Shown one piece after another: positions 1-8,547 of a DNA stretch of 25,013 nt. The stretch is taken from assembly GCA_034722055.1 (NCBI GenBank), contig JAYENL010000115.1:1-25013 (forward strand). Direction: 5' to 3'. Positions within the stretch are counted from its first letter, which is position 1, and each line of letters begins with the position of its first letter. The DNA is from Armatimonadota bacterium. GTDB taxonomy: Bacteria > Armatimonadota > Zipacnadia > Zipacnadales > UBA5352. Made by a program: the position numbers and the translations under genes. A model generated the notes under the pieces. The model made no database searches. It saw only the letters and a list, made by a program, of their open reading frames with translations, and had not been told where the DNA came from.

Positions 1-2
1 GG

Positions 3-2900
3 ATTCGGCAGCTCGGCGGCTGACAGGCGCGCAACGACGCCGCAGTCCTCCGCTCGGACGATCAGCGGCACCGGCAGCGCGGCCTCCTCGACCACGCCGC
101 CGCTGATCTCCGCCCTCCACGCCGGGTTGCCATCGAACCCGAAGCGGTCGCGCATCTGACCCACGATATCCTCGTGGTCGGGGCCACCGGTGAGCACGAA
201 GAGGTAGGTCCCCTGGACTCGCCGCGACCGCGCCAGCCCGTCCGCCGAGACATGCGGCCCGACGTTGACGTGCGGCCGACCGCCGCCGGCCACCGACAGC
301 ACGCTGCCGGCCGGGAAGAACACTGCGGGCGTCCCGAACGGGTGGGGGCTGAAGGTGATGCAGCCAGCGCGGTCCGCCCTCATGGGGGCCAGCGACGGCC
401 CATCGCTCTCCACCTGCTCGCCATCCTCGAAGATAACGCGCGCGTAGTCGTAGGCGTCCGCCTCATCGCCCAGCCGCACCTCGAACAGCGAGGGATTCGC
501 CCGATCGCTCTCCGCCAGCTCCACCGCGTCCGCCAGTACCGCCTCGGCCCGGACCAGGAAGGTCATGGGCCCGGACCAGCGGAAGCCGATCAGCCACGCC
601 TGAGCCTCCTCGAAGCGCTCGTCCGGGATGACCCGCCGCCGGTGCCGGCCGTCCTCGCCGGTAGCGGTTTCGACGAGGCGCTCGATGCGATCGTGCATGA
701 TCACGCAGTCCGAGCTGTTGAGCACGATCCGCCGCGTGGGCGCGCTGCGCAGGAAGGGCTCGCCTTCCGTCGTCTGCAGCCGCGGGGCCACGCGGATCTC
801 CCGCACGCCGCCGTCGGGAGGCCCCGTCTCCAGCCCCAGCGGATGGTCCTGCTGCGACGCGCTGTACATGGCGACGCGGTCCCCCCAGCCCCAGCCCGGA
901 TAGGCGGAGCCGAGGATGCGCACCCACCTGCCCGCCACCTTGGCCGCGCCCGTTCCGGGCTCCGTGGGCTCGGTCGGGTACCAGTAGCCGTTCATGCGGT
1001 CGCCGCCGATGAAGTGCCTGTAGGAGACCAGCGTCGAGGGCACGGCCCGGCACCAGGCGACACCGCCCTCCTCATCCTCTGCCCGCAGCCACAGGCTGCC
1101 GGACTCGCACGAGAACTGCCGCGCCGTGACCTCGAACCGCCGGCCCTCCGGGTAGTAGCGCCGGATGAGCCGCTGGCGGAAGTAGACGCTGACCCGCCTG
1201 AGCGGGGCGTCACTGCGCACCGCGATCGACGCCGACAGCTCTCGATCGCGAGGCTGCTCCCACGGCCCCGGCATGGTGACCTCAAAGCGCTCGATGACCG
1301 GGCCGGTGCTCACGGCAGTCTCCATCAGCGAGTCCTGCCCGCGTCTGAACTCCTCACCCCACCGCGGGGAGTAGACCCAGGTCACCGGCCCGTCCGAGAG
1401 CGGCGGAATGTCCGACGCGGCTCTCACGCGCCGGTAGACGAGCGGCGAGAGCCGCCAGCCCTCCGCGCTCGTCTCCTCGAAGGGCCGCGTGGCATCGTCG
1501 GTGCGCTCCCCGTCGATGGTGAACACCGGGATGCTGTTGATGGCCCCCAGGTTCCGCAGGGGCATGGGGCAGCTCGAGCTGGAGAGGCAGGCCAGGTTCG
1601 CCTGCCACGCGTTGTTGACGCCGATGCGCACGTAGGTGGTGAAGGACGTGTCGCGCCAGGGGATCTCCGGCCAGGGCTTGCGGAGGTTGAAGGCGATGCC
1701 CTCGTTGCCCGTCTCCAGCCCGGGGAAGCGCACTCCCGCGACGGCCAGGAACTGCGCGTCAGTCGCCTCCTCGCACTCTGCGACCAGCCGCTCCCAGTCA
1801 TCCCGCTCCAGCGCCTCCGCGCCCTCCGTGAAGACCATCCCCTCGTAGCCCGCCGCGCGGGCCGCCTGGCAGAGCGCGGCCACGCCCTCCTCCCCACTGG
1901 AGATGGTGCTCTCGGCGCCGATGAGCACCGGGTGAGCGGGGCCGCTCGGCCCGCGCGTCATCTCCCCGGGCGGGCTCTCCGCCAGCCGCGGCGAGATGTC
2001 GAAGATCTGCCTCTGCTCGGAGCGCTCGAAGCCGCCGAGGCTCCCGCCGGCGCGGCTGGGGGCGGCGAGCCACTCGTAGGCGTTGCGCAGCAGCCTCCCG
2101 GCATCGCCCTCGGTGATGAACCGCCCCTCGTCCCACATGAAGTGGTAGGGGTTGAGGGTGAAGCAGGTCGAGTGCGTGGAGAAGATCGCCATCCGGCCCC
2201 GCCCCACCTCGCGCCAGGCCACCAGGGGCGGCGCGCTGTCGTAGCCCTCGCCATCCTCGGCGGCGGCGGTGGCCGTCTCCGAGGCCCGAACCGCGGTGTG
2301 CCAGGCCTCGCCGGCCCGGAAGGTGACCGTCATGCGGGCGTGGATCGGGTACAGCACATGTGCGACGTCCTCGGTCAGCGGGCCAGGCACAATCAGGTCC
2401 GCCACCCCCGCCTGCGCGTCACCGTAGTGCGAAAGCTCGCGCGCCTTCGCCGGATCGGTCTCGCGCACCGGCGCCCACAGCACGGTGAGGTCGTACTCCG
2501 CGAGGAGGCGATTGAGGTGCGGGAGAACCCGATGCCGGTGCAGGTCGGCGAACAGCAGGATTCCGCCTCCGGCCTCCAGAAAGCGCCGGCAGAGCTCGCG
2601 GCCTCGCTCCCACGCCTCCTGCAGGTCGAAGCGGTTGACGTCGGGATGCTGGATGAGGACCGCCGCGTTGAAGCGCCGCAGCTTCTCCCACGTCAGCTCC
2701 GAGAGCGTGCAGTAGCCGACCGACCAGCCCTCCTCCTCCAGCTCCGCCTGGTAGCGCGGATCGGCGAGGAACGGCATCGAGGCCCCGCCGAGATGGTTGA
2801 TGGAGGCCACGAACAGCAGGCTGCCCTTCTGCTGCCCGCCCTCGGCGAGCGGCTGCGTGCAGATCGCGCCGGCCAGCAGAACCGGAGTCAGCACATGCAT
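3..2900 (-). CDS. Large hypothetical, probably exported protein (>960 aa, 3' end beyond window start); N-terminal class I glutamine amidotransferase-like/DUF4350-type fold followed by a degenerate PHP-like domain
   Basis: Not in the ORF track because it has no stop in the window. Hand translation from ATG at 2900 (AGGAGG upstream) gives MHVLTPVLLAGAICTQPLAEGG..., then RRFLEAGGGILLFAD, PPLVAWREVGRGRMAIFST, RLLRNAYEWLA and VLIGAESTISSG..AARAAGYEGMVFTE. Codons show strong GC3 bias, and the 174..3038 + ORF is its in-register antisense shadow. Confidence 0.85.
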   Translation of the reverse strand, partial: MHVLTPVLLAGAICTQPLAEGGQQKGSLLFVASINHLGGASMPFLADPRYQAELEEEGWSVGYCTLSELTWEKLRRFNAAVLIQHPDVNRFDLQEAWERGRELCRRFLEAGGGILLFADLHRHRVLPHLNRLLAEYDLTVLWAPVRETDPAKARELSHYGDAQAGVADLIVPGPLTEDVAHVLYPIHARMTVTFRAGEAWHTAVRASETATAAAEDGEGYDSAPPLVAWREVGRGRMAIFSTHSTCFTLNPYHFMWDEGRFITEGDAGRLLRNAYEWLAAPSRAGGSLGGFERSEQRQIFDISPRLAESPPGEMTRGPSGPAHPVLIGAESTISSGEEGVAALCQAARAAGYEGMVFTEGAEALERDDWERLVAECEEATDAQFLAVAGVRFPGLETGNEGIAFNLRKPWPEIPWRDTSFTTYVRIGVNNAWQANLACLSSSSCPMPLRNLGAINSIPVFTIDGERTDDATRPFEETSAEGWRLSPLVYRRVRAASDIPPLSDGPVTWVYSPRWGEEFRRGQDSLMETAVSTGPVIERFEVTMPGPWEQPRDRELSASIAVRSDAPLRRVSVYFRQRLIRRYYPEGRRFEVTARQFSCESGSLWLRAEDEEGGVAWCRAVPSTLVSYRHFIGGDRMNGYWYPTEPTEPGTGAAKVAGRWVRILGSAYPGWGWGDRVAMYSASQQDHPLGLETGPPDGGVREIRVAPRLQTTEGEPFLRSAPTRRIVLNSSDCVIMHDRIERLVETATGEDGRHRRRVIPDERFEEAQAWLIGFRWSGPMTFLVRAEAVLADAVELAESDRANPSLFEVRLGDEADAYDYARVIFEDGEQVESDGPSLAPMRADRAGCITFSPHPFGTPAVFFPAGSVLSVAGGGRPHVNVGPHVSADGLARSRRVQGTYLFVLTGGPDHEDIVGQMRDRFGFDGNPAWRAEISGGVVEEAALPVPLIVRAEDCGVVARLSAAELPN

Positions 2901-2932
2901 GACCCGGCGAGCACCCTCCTTCGGAACGACCT

Positions 2933-3145
2933 GTGGGGCGGGCGTCCCGCCTGCCGTCGTTCGCCGTTGAAGCCCGCACAGCCGCAGGCTGGAAGCCCCT
3001 CCGGCGGGCAACGCGCGGCCGTAGCCGTAGGCTTGTAGCTTGCGGCTTGAAGCTGGCAGCTTCCAGTCTTGGGCCGGCCTCGCGCCTGTGGCGCTCGTGC
3101 GGCCCCTCCGACGACAGACGACCGCAGGCTGGAAGCCTGCGTCAC
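2933..3145. repeat. Intergenic cluster of REP-like palindromes plus a GCTTGNA-type heptamer tandem run
   Basis: GTGGGGCGGGCGTCCCGCCTGCC (2933-2955), CGCAGGCTGGAAGCC (about 2983), heptamers gcttgta gcttgcg gcttgaa gctggca gcttcca (3031-3065), CGCAGGCTGGAAGCCTGCG (3123-3141). Confidence 0.8.
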
Positions 3146-3167
3146 AACGGGTTGCAGGGCCGGTGAG

Positions 3168-4640
3168 CTACTCCAGCGCCCACGGCGCCGGCTGGTCGGT
3201 GAGGTCGGCCAGCACCGTCTTTGAGCGCGTAAACTCCAGCAGCCCCGCCACGCCGCTCTCGAAGCCCAGGCCGCTGATCCGGTAGCCGCCGTAGGGCATC
3301 CACGGCCCCACCACGTTGGTGCAGTTGATCCAGATGATCCCGGCCTCCAGCCCCGCCGCCATGCGGTGGGCGGTGCTCAGGTCCCGGCTCCACAAGGCCG
3401 CCGCCAGTCCGTACTCGGTGTCGTTGGCCAGCGCCACGGCCTCCTCCTCGCTCTCGTAGGTCATCACCGCCAGGACCGGCCCGAAGATCTCCTCCTGGGC
3501 GATGGCCATCTGCGAGTCCACCTCATCAAAGACCGTCGGCAGCATGTAGCAGCCGTCCTGCAGATCGCGATCGTCCGGTGGCTCGCCGCCGGTGACCAGC
3601 CGCGCGCCCTCCCGCTTCCCGGCCTCGATGTATCCCACCACCTTCTCATACTGCTCCGGCGACGACAGCGGCCCCATCTTGGTCTGCTCGTCGAAGGGAT
3701 CGCCCACCGTCAGCCCTTCGGCCAACTCCACCAGTCGGCCCAGGAACTCGTCCTTGATGTCCCGGTGCAGCAGCAGCCGGGACCCGGCGGTGCAGATCTG
3801 CCCGGAGTTGAGGAAGATCGTGCGGCAGGCCCCCGCCAGCGCCATCTCCATGTCCGCATCCGGCAGGACGATGTTGGCCGTCTTGCCGCCCAGCTCCAGG
3901 GTGGCCTTCTTGAAGTTGCCCGCCGTGGCCCGCAGCACGCTCCGCCCCGCCTCGGTGCTGCCGGTGAGCGTGATCCGCCCCACGCCGGGGTGCTCCGCGA
4001 GCGCCACGCCCGTTCGCGGCCCCGGCCCGGTGATGACGTTCAGCGTCCCCGGCGGCAGCCCCGCGTCCAGCGCGATCTCGCCCAGCGCCAGCGCCGAGCG
4101 CGGCGAGATGGAGGAGGGTTTGAGCACCACCGCGTTGCCCGCGGCCAGCGCCGGCGCGCACTTAGTGCACGCCAGGCTCAGCGGGAAGTTCCACGGCACG
4201 ATGGCTCCCACCACGCCGAAGGGCTCCCGCACCGTGTAGCCGAAGTGGCCCGCCGGCGCGGAGAGGGTCTTCCCCTCGATGGTGTCGGCCAGGCCGGCGT
4301 AGAAGCGCATTAGGCCCGCAGCGCCGGGCACGTCGCCGTCCCGCGCGGCGGCGTAGGGCTTGCCCATGTCCACGCTGTCCATCTCGGCCAGCTCCGCCGC
4401 GCGCTCCTCGATGAGGTCGGCCATGCGCATCAGCAGCGCCTCACGCTCGGCCGCCGGCATGCCGCCCCACTCGTCCCGGAAGGCCTCATCGGCGGACGCC
4501 ACCGCTCGGTCCACGTCGTCCTCATCCGCCACGGGCACCTGCGCAACCACCTCGCGGTTGGCGGGGTTGATGTCCTCAACGTACTCTCCCGACGCCGGCT
4601 CGACCCACTGCCCTCCGATCAGCATATTCAGCGTCTGCAT
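3168..4640 (-). CDS. NAD(P)-dependent aldehyde dehydrogenase
   Basis: 490 aa with GAIVPWNFP, LKPS, LTGSTEAG, LELGGK (catalytic Glu), NSGQICTAGSR (catalytic Cys) and EEIFGPV. Confidence 0.96.
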   Translation of the reverse strand: MQTLNMLIGGQWVEPASGEYVEDINPANREVVAQVPVADEDDVDRAVASADEAFRDEWGGMPAAEREALLMRMADLIEERAAELAEMDSVDMGKPYAAARDGDVPGAAGLMRFYAGLADTIEGKTLSAPAGHFGYTVREPFGVVGAIVPWNFPLSLACTKCAPALAAGNAVVLKPSSISPRSALALGEIALDAGLPPGTLNVITGPGPRTGVALAEHPGVGRITLTGSTEAGRSVLRATAGNFKKATLELGGKTANIVLPDADMEMALAGACRTIFLNSGQICTAGSRLLLHRDIKDEFLGRLVELAEGLTVGDPFDEQTKMGPLSSPEQYEKVVGYIEAGKREGARLVTGGEPPDDRDLQDGCYMLPTVFDEVDSQMAIAQEEIFGPVLAVMTYESEEEAVALANDTEYGLAAALWSRDLSTAHRMAAGLEAGIIWINCTNVVGPWMPYGGYRISGLGFESGVAGLLEFTRSKTVLADLTDQPAPWALE

Positions 4641-4728
4641 GTTCGTCAGCCACCTTCCGCTCGCGCTTCTGCCTGCTCCTCACTCCTGTCCTTCGCAGCT
4701 CGAGCGGCTCGCACCTTGGGGGGCGCCG

Positions 4729-6456
4729 TCAGTACTCCGCCACCCGCACGCGCACCGTATCGACCAGGAAGCCCACCTCGTCGGTCTCCACGGCCGTCGC
4801 CCGCAGGCGCACGTAGGAGATGCCGGGGCTAACGCGCCTCATCTCCAGGCGGCCAGCGAACTGCCCGTCCACGCTCACGCTGCACCAGCCGGCGTCGGCC
4901 GTCCAGTGAAGCTGCACATCATGCCAGGTGCCCGGCTGCAGCCGGGTGTCCAGGAGCTGCCCGTCCTCGCCGACCTCGATGTTGAACACCGAGTACAGCC
5001 AGGCCTCCATGTCGAAGGGCACCGAGAAGTGATCGGTGAGGCAGATGCGCAGCCCCCGGCATCCCTCGTTGACGCGCAGGCGCAGGTGCATCTCGCCCCG
5101 CCGCCCCGCGGGGAAGTTCCAGACCGCGGCCGCCGGCCAGTCGCGCTCGGGCTTGGTGACGCGCAGCAGGCGCCCGGAGGTGGCGGCGTCGCTCTCCACC
5201 AGCGCCACGCCCCTGGTGCCGAAGAAGTGCCACCGCTCTTCGGCCTCCGGCCCGAAGTCCGAAGCGGCCTCGGTCTCCAGCAGCCACTGGGGGTCGAGGC
5301 GCTTGAGCTGCACGCGTCCGGCTCCCTGGCCCGTGCAGAAGATGACGTGCCCGTCGCCGGTGACCGCCGGGAATGGGTAGGCGGTGCCGAAGTCGCCGCG
5401 CGATGGCGGGGGCTCGAAGCGCCTGGGGTCGCGCGCCACCTCGCGGTACCCCCGCCAGGTATGCCCGTCATCATCCGAGATAGCGCCGTGCAGCACGTGC
5501 CTGCCGCCGAAGGCGTACGGGAAGCGCTGGCAGTTATTCCACAGCAGGACCATGCGCCCGTCGTCCAGCCGCACGATGCCGCCCGGCGAGTCCGAGCTCA
5601 CCATGTCGGTGGGATGCGCGGGCGTCCAGCGGGCGCCGTCCTCGGAGTGCGACTGCCAGAAGTGGCCGAGCTGGGTGCGCATCAGCATCCAGACGCGCCC
5701 GTCCGCGAGCTGGATGACGATGGGCTCGTCAGCGCCGTAGCCGTGGACGATGCTCGGCGTGGGCCCGACGAGGCGCTCCGGGCAGGCCTGCCAGGTCTCG
5801 CCGCCGTCATCGGAGTAGATGGCGGTGGAGGCGAAGCTGCCCATGTGCGTCCAGACCACCAGGCCCTCGCCGGGATCGCCGAAGCTGCGTGCGGGCTGGG
5901 CCTCCGAGAAGGGGAGCAGGATGCGCCCGCTGTCGAGCTGGATAACGGAGTTGAGCGCCCCCGTATAGCCCATCCAGATCATGCGCGGCGCACTCCATCG
6001 GCTGCGGCCGTCGCTGCTGCGGGAGTGCCAGATGTCCAGCCGCCGTCCGTGATAGCCCTCCAGGTTGCCGACCGTGTCCGTGCCGGTCTCCTCGGGGGTG
6101 GCATCGCCCACCTCAGCCCACTTGAGGAAGAACAGGTGCACCTCCCCGTCGCGGTCGATGAGCGCCTCCGACAGCGAGCAGGCGCCGCCCTCGGTTGGCA
6201 GCTTCACCAGCGTGCGCGGCTCGCTCCAGGTCAGACCGTGATCGCTGGAGAAGCGCGCGGCCGCCTCCGGCACATCCTCCACCGTGCGGCTGAAGGTGCC
6301 CATCAGGCGCCCGTCGGGGAGTCTGACGATGAACATGCGTTGGTCAACGTCGATGGCAACCGGCTCCGGTGCCGCTTCGGCCATGGCCCAGGCCTCCAGA
6401 ATCAGCGCCACCATCAGCACGGCGGCGCGTATTCGCGCACTCGTGTAGACACTCAC
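4729..6456 (-). CDS. Exported sialidase-like BNR/Asp-box beta-propeller protein with extra C-terminal beta-rich domain
   Basis: GTG start with AGGAGG overlapping the upstream stop, and a hydrophobic N-terminal signal. Five Asp-box-like motifs (SSDHGLTW, SSDGRSRW, SDDGGETW, SEDGARW, SDDDGHTW), plus DEP, MRT, GGRHVL and AYP motifs typical of sialidase-fold proteins. Confidence 0.85.
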   Translation of the reverse strand: MSVYTSARIRAAVLMVALILEAWAMAEAAPEPVAIDVDQRMFIVRLPDGRLMGTFSRTVEDVPEAAARFSSDHGLTWSEPRTLVKLPTEGGACSLSEALIDRDGEVHLFFLKWAEVGDATPEETGTDTVGNLEGYHGRRLDIWHSRSSDGRSRWSAPRMIWMGYTGALNSVIQLDSGRILLPFSEAQPARSFGDPGEGLVVWTHMGSFASTAIYSDDGGETWQACPERLVGPTPSIVHGYGADEPIVIQLADGRVWMLMRTQLGHFWQSHSEDGARWTPAHPTDMVSSDSPGGIVRLDDGRMVLLWNNCQRFPYAFGGRHVLHGAISDDDGHTWRGYREVARDPRRFEPPPSRGDFGTAYPFPAVTGDGHVIFCTGQGAGRVQLKRLDPQWLLETEAASDFGPEAEERWHFFGTRGVALVESDAATSGRLLRVTKPERDWPAAAVWNFPAGRRGEMHLRLRVNEGCRGLRICLTDHFSVPFDMEAWLYSVFNIEVGEDGQLLDTRLQPGTWHDVQLHWTADAGWCSVSVDGQFAGRLEMRRVSPGISYVRLRATAVETDEVGFLVDTVRVRVAEY

Positions 6457-6468
6457 AAGGATGACCTC

Positions 6469-7260
6469 CTACTGCACCTCGTCGAGCAGCCGCTGCATGT
6501 TGTCACCGAGGATCAGCTCCTTGGACCGCTCCGGGATGCCCGCCGACATCACCACGCCCAGCCGCTGGCCGGGATCGGAGGCCGGCAGGTCGGAGCCGTA
6601 GAGGATGCGCTCGGGGCCGATCTTCTCGTACAGCAGCTCCAGCGCGCCGGCGGGCATAGTGGTCGCCGACACGTCGCAGTAGACGTTGGGCAGGTCGGCC
6701 ATTGCGATGACGCGGGCGGGGTCGCCGGCGCCGTGCGCCACGATGAAGCGGGCATCGGGGTAGCTGCGCGCAATCTCCGCGGTCACTACGCCGTGGCACA
6801 GGATCGGGGCGTGCCTGCGGCTCGCGAACTCCCAGGTAGGCTGCAATGGATCGTCCAGCTCGAAGTAGCGGCGGCCCGGCGGATAGGTGTCGTTGACGTT
6901 GATGACCTTGATGCCCCGGAAGCCGAGCTCGTCGAAGCAGCGGCGTAGTTCCGCCTGCTGGGCGTCGTGGCCGCCCTCGTAGTAGTTGACGTAGCAGAAC
7001 CCCTCCACCCGATCGGGGTAGCGGCGCATGCACTCCGCGACGATGTCGTTGCCCCGGCGCATCTCCGGGCAGGCGGCGTAGTTGACGCAGATACGGTCGA
7101 TACCCAGCGCATCACACAGCTCGATGATGTCGTCGATGCGCCTTCGGTAGGCGTACATGCCGATCCAGAAGTCCACGTGGCAGTGCCCGTCGATGACCAG
7201 GCAGTCGGTGATGGGCTCATCGGTGGCGCACATGTCAATGAAGCGATCCGACTGCATCAT
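6469..7260 (-). CDS. Amidohydrolase family protein (Amidohydro_2-type TIM barrel), intact metal motifs
   Basis: Real start MMQSDRF at 7260, with ATGA overlap on the upstream stop. Motifs IDGHCH, GFRGIK, ILCHG, IVAHG and ILYGSDLP. Confidence 0.9.
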   Translation of the reverse strand: MMQSDRFIDMCATDEPITDCLVIDGHCHVDFWIGMYAYRRRIDDIIELCDALGIDRICVNYAACPEMRRGNDIVAECMRRYPDRVEGFCYVNYYEGGHDAQQAELRRCFDELGFRGIKVINVNDTYPPGRRYFELDDPLQPTWEFASRRHAPILCHGVVTAEIARSYPDARFIVAHGAGDPARVIAMADLPNVYCDVSATTMPAGALELLYEKIGPERILYGSDLPASDPGQRLGVVMSAGIPERSKELILGDNMQRLLDEVQ

Positions 7261-8021
7261 CGGCCCACCTCCCCGAGCAGCCGGCGCAGATTGCCGGCGG
7301 CGATCATCTCTCGCTCGTCCGCGGGCCGCTGCGTACGGGCCACCATGGACGTGGCCTGGCCGATCTGGTAGACGGGGGCGCGGGTGCCAAAGACCATCTG
7401 GGATGGGCCGAACAGGTCGCACAGCCCCTCCAGCCCCCGCCATCCCTGGTATCCGGCGGTCTCGATGTGGAAGTTGGGGTACTCCGCCATCAACGGATAC
7501 CAGTTGCGCTCCCACTGGGTCAGCTTTGGGTGCGTGAGGATGACGGGCAGGTCGGGGTATGCCGCGCAGATGCCGGCCAGGTCGTTCCAGACCGGCGCGT
7601 GGTTCTCCCACGCGATCATCACGGGCATCCGCGCCTGCTCCAGCGCCCCAAGCAGCTCCTCGTAGGCCCAGGGCATGTACTCGTCGCTTGAGCCCCAGAT
7701 GCCGAAGAACAGCCGGGCCATGCGCACGCCGGCGTCGATCATGCGCGGCACCAGCTCCGGCCCCGGCGGCATCTGCCCGGTGTAGTGGTGCATGACCACC
7801 CAGGACGGGTGGAGGCGGTCCCGCCCGGCGACCTCGTCCATCAGCGCCTCGTTGGCGAGGGTCCAGTCCCAGCGATTGCCCCACGCGTGCCAGACCACCG
7901 CCTCCGCCACGCCGAACAGGTCCATCCTCCCCAGCAGCTCATCGGCGGTGGAGAAGTGCCTCGGATCCCGGTTGGGGACGGTGCCGATGCGAGCGTTGGC
8001 GTCGAAGAACTCGAACCGCAC
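7257..8021 (-). CDS. Amidohydrolase-fold protein with degenerate metal-binding motifs
   Basis: GTG at 8021 after GGGAGG. Sequence FFDANARIG...MDLFGVAEAVVWH...PVILTH...NFHIETA...MVFGTRAP; HxH is replaced by NAR and the GSD Asp by Arg. Confidence 0.85.
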   Translation of the reverse strand: MRFEFFDANARIGTVPNRDPRHFSTADELLGRMDLFGVAEAVVWHAWGNRWDWTLANEALMDEVAGRDRLHPSWVVMHHYTGQMPPGPELVPRMIDAGVRMARLFFGIWGSSDEYMPWAYEELLGALEQARMPVMIAWENHAPVWNDLAGICAAYPDLPVILTHPKLTQWERNWYPLMAEYPNFHIETAGYQGWRGLEGLCDLFGPSQMVFGTRAPVYQIGQATSMVARTQRPADEREMIAAGNLRRLLGEVGR

Positions 8022-8241
8022 CTGTCGGACCTCCCTCCCGGCCCCTGACGTCGGACCCCACTGCGCGCCGATGCTTCGCCGCAGCGGCGCGCGACACCTG
8101 CAACGGCCGGTGACGCCGCAACGCAGGTCACGCTCCGGGGGTCCGCGAAGCCCCCATCGATGCACGGGAGCGGCAGCTATCGTCACGTTGCTGACCATGA
8201 TCTGCCTCACCACGGTGGTCATGCCGGTGGCGGCGGTCGCT

Positions 8242-8466
8242 GGCAGGCACGGATGCCTGGCCCACGCACCGACGCACTCGCGGCGCAGGCTTCCAGCCTG
8301 CGGTCGTTAGCGTCGTTGGAGGGGCCGCACGAGCGCCAACGGCGCGAGGTCGGCCCACCACCGTCCTTGCCGTCACCGTCGCGGTCTTCCCGAACGGCGG
8401 CAGGCAGGGATGCCGCCCCCATGGATCACACTCACTCCGTGGCGCAGGCTTCCAGCCTGCGGTCGT
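8242..8466. repeat. Intergenic cluster of four REP-like palindromes
   Basis: GGCAGGCACGGATGCCTGGCCCAC (8242-8265), CGCAGGCTTCCAGCCTGCGG (8284), GGCAGGCAGGGATGCCGCCCCCA (8399-8421), GTGGCGCAGGCTTCCAGCCTGCGG (8439). Confidence 0.8.
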
Positions 8467-8547
8467 CTTCCCACGGCAGGTCACGAGCCCAAGCGCCGGG
8501 AACAGACACTGCACTGACCGCTGCGTGCTCCACAAGGAGAGGCGCTC

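Noticed and set aside
174..3038. 954-aa + strand ORF
   Set aside because: In-register antisense shadow of the real minus-strand gene; Arg/His/Gly-rich composition without motifs.
4360..6948. 862-aa + ORF, and similar long ORFs (8128-10410, 13787-15223 portion, 18479-19987)
   Set aside because: Antisense shadows of recognisable genes in high-GC DNA.
7261..7884. N-terminal 208-aa extension of the 6469..7884 ORF
   Set aside because: Overlaps the upstream amidohydrolase in another frame; the true start is the coupled ATG at 7260.
8158..8244. Signal-peptide-like frame (AAAIVTLLTMICLTTVVMPVAAVAG) ending at a REP
   Set aside because: No convincing start or RBS and too short to support a gene remnant.
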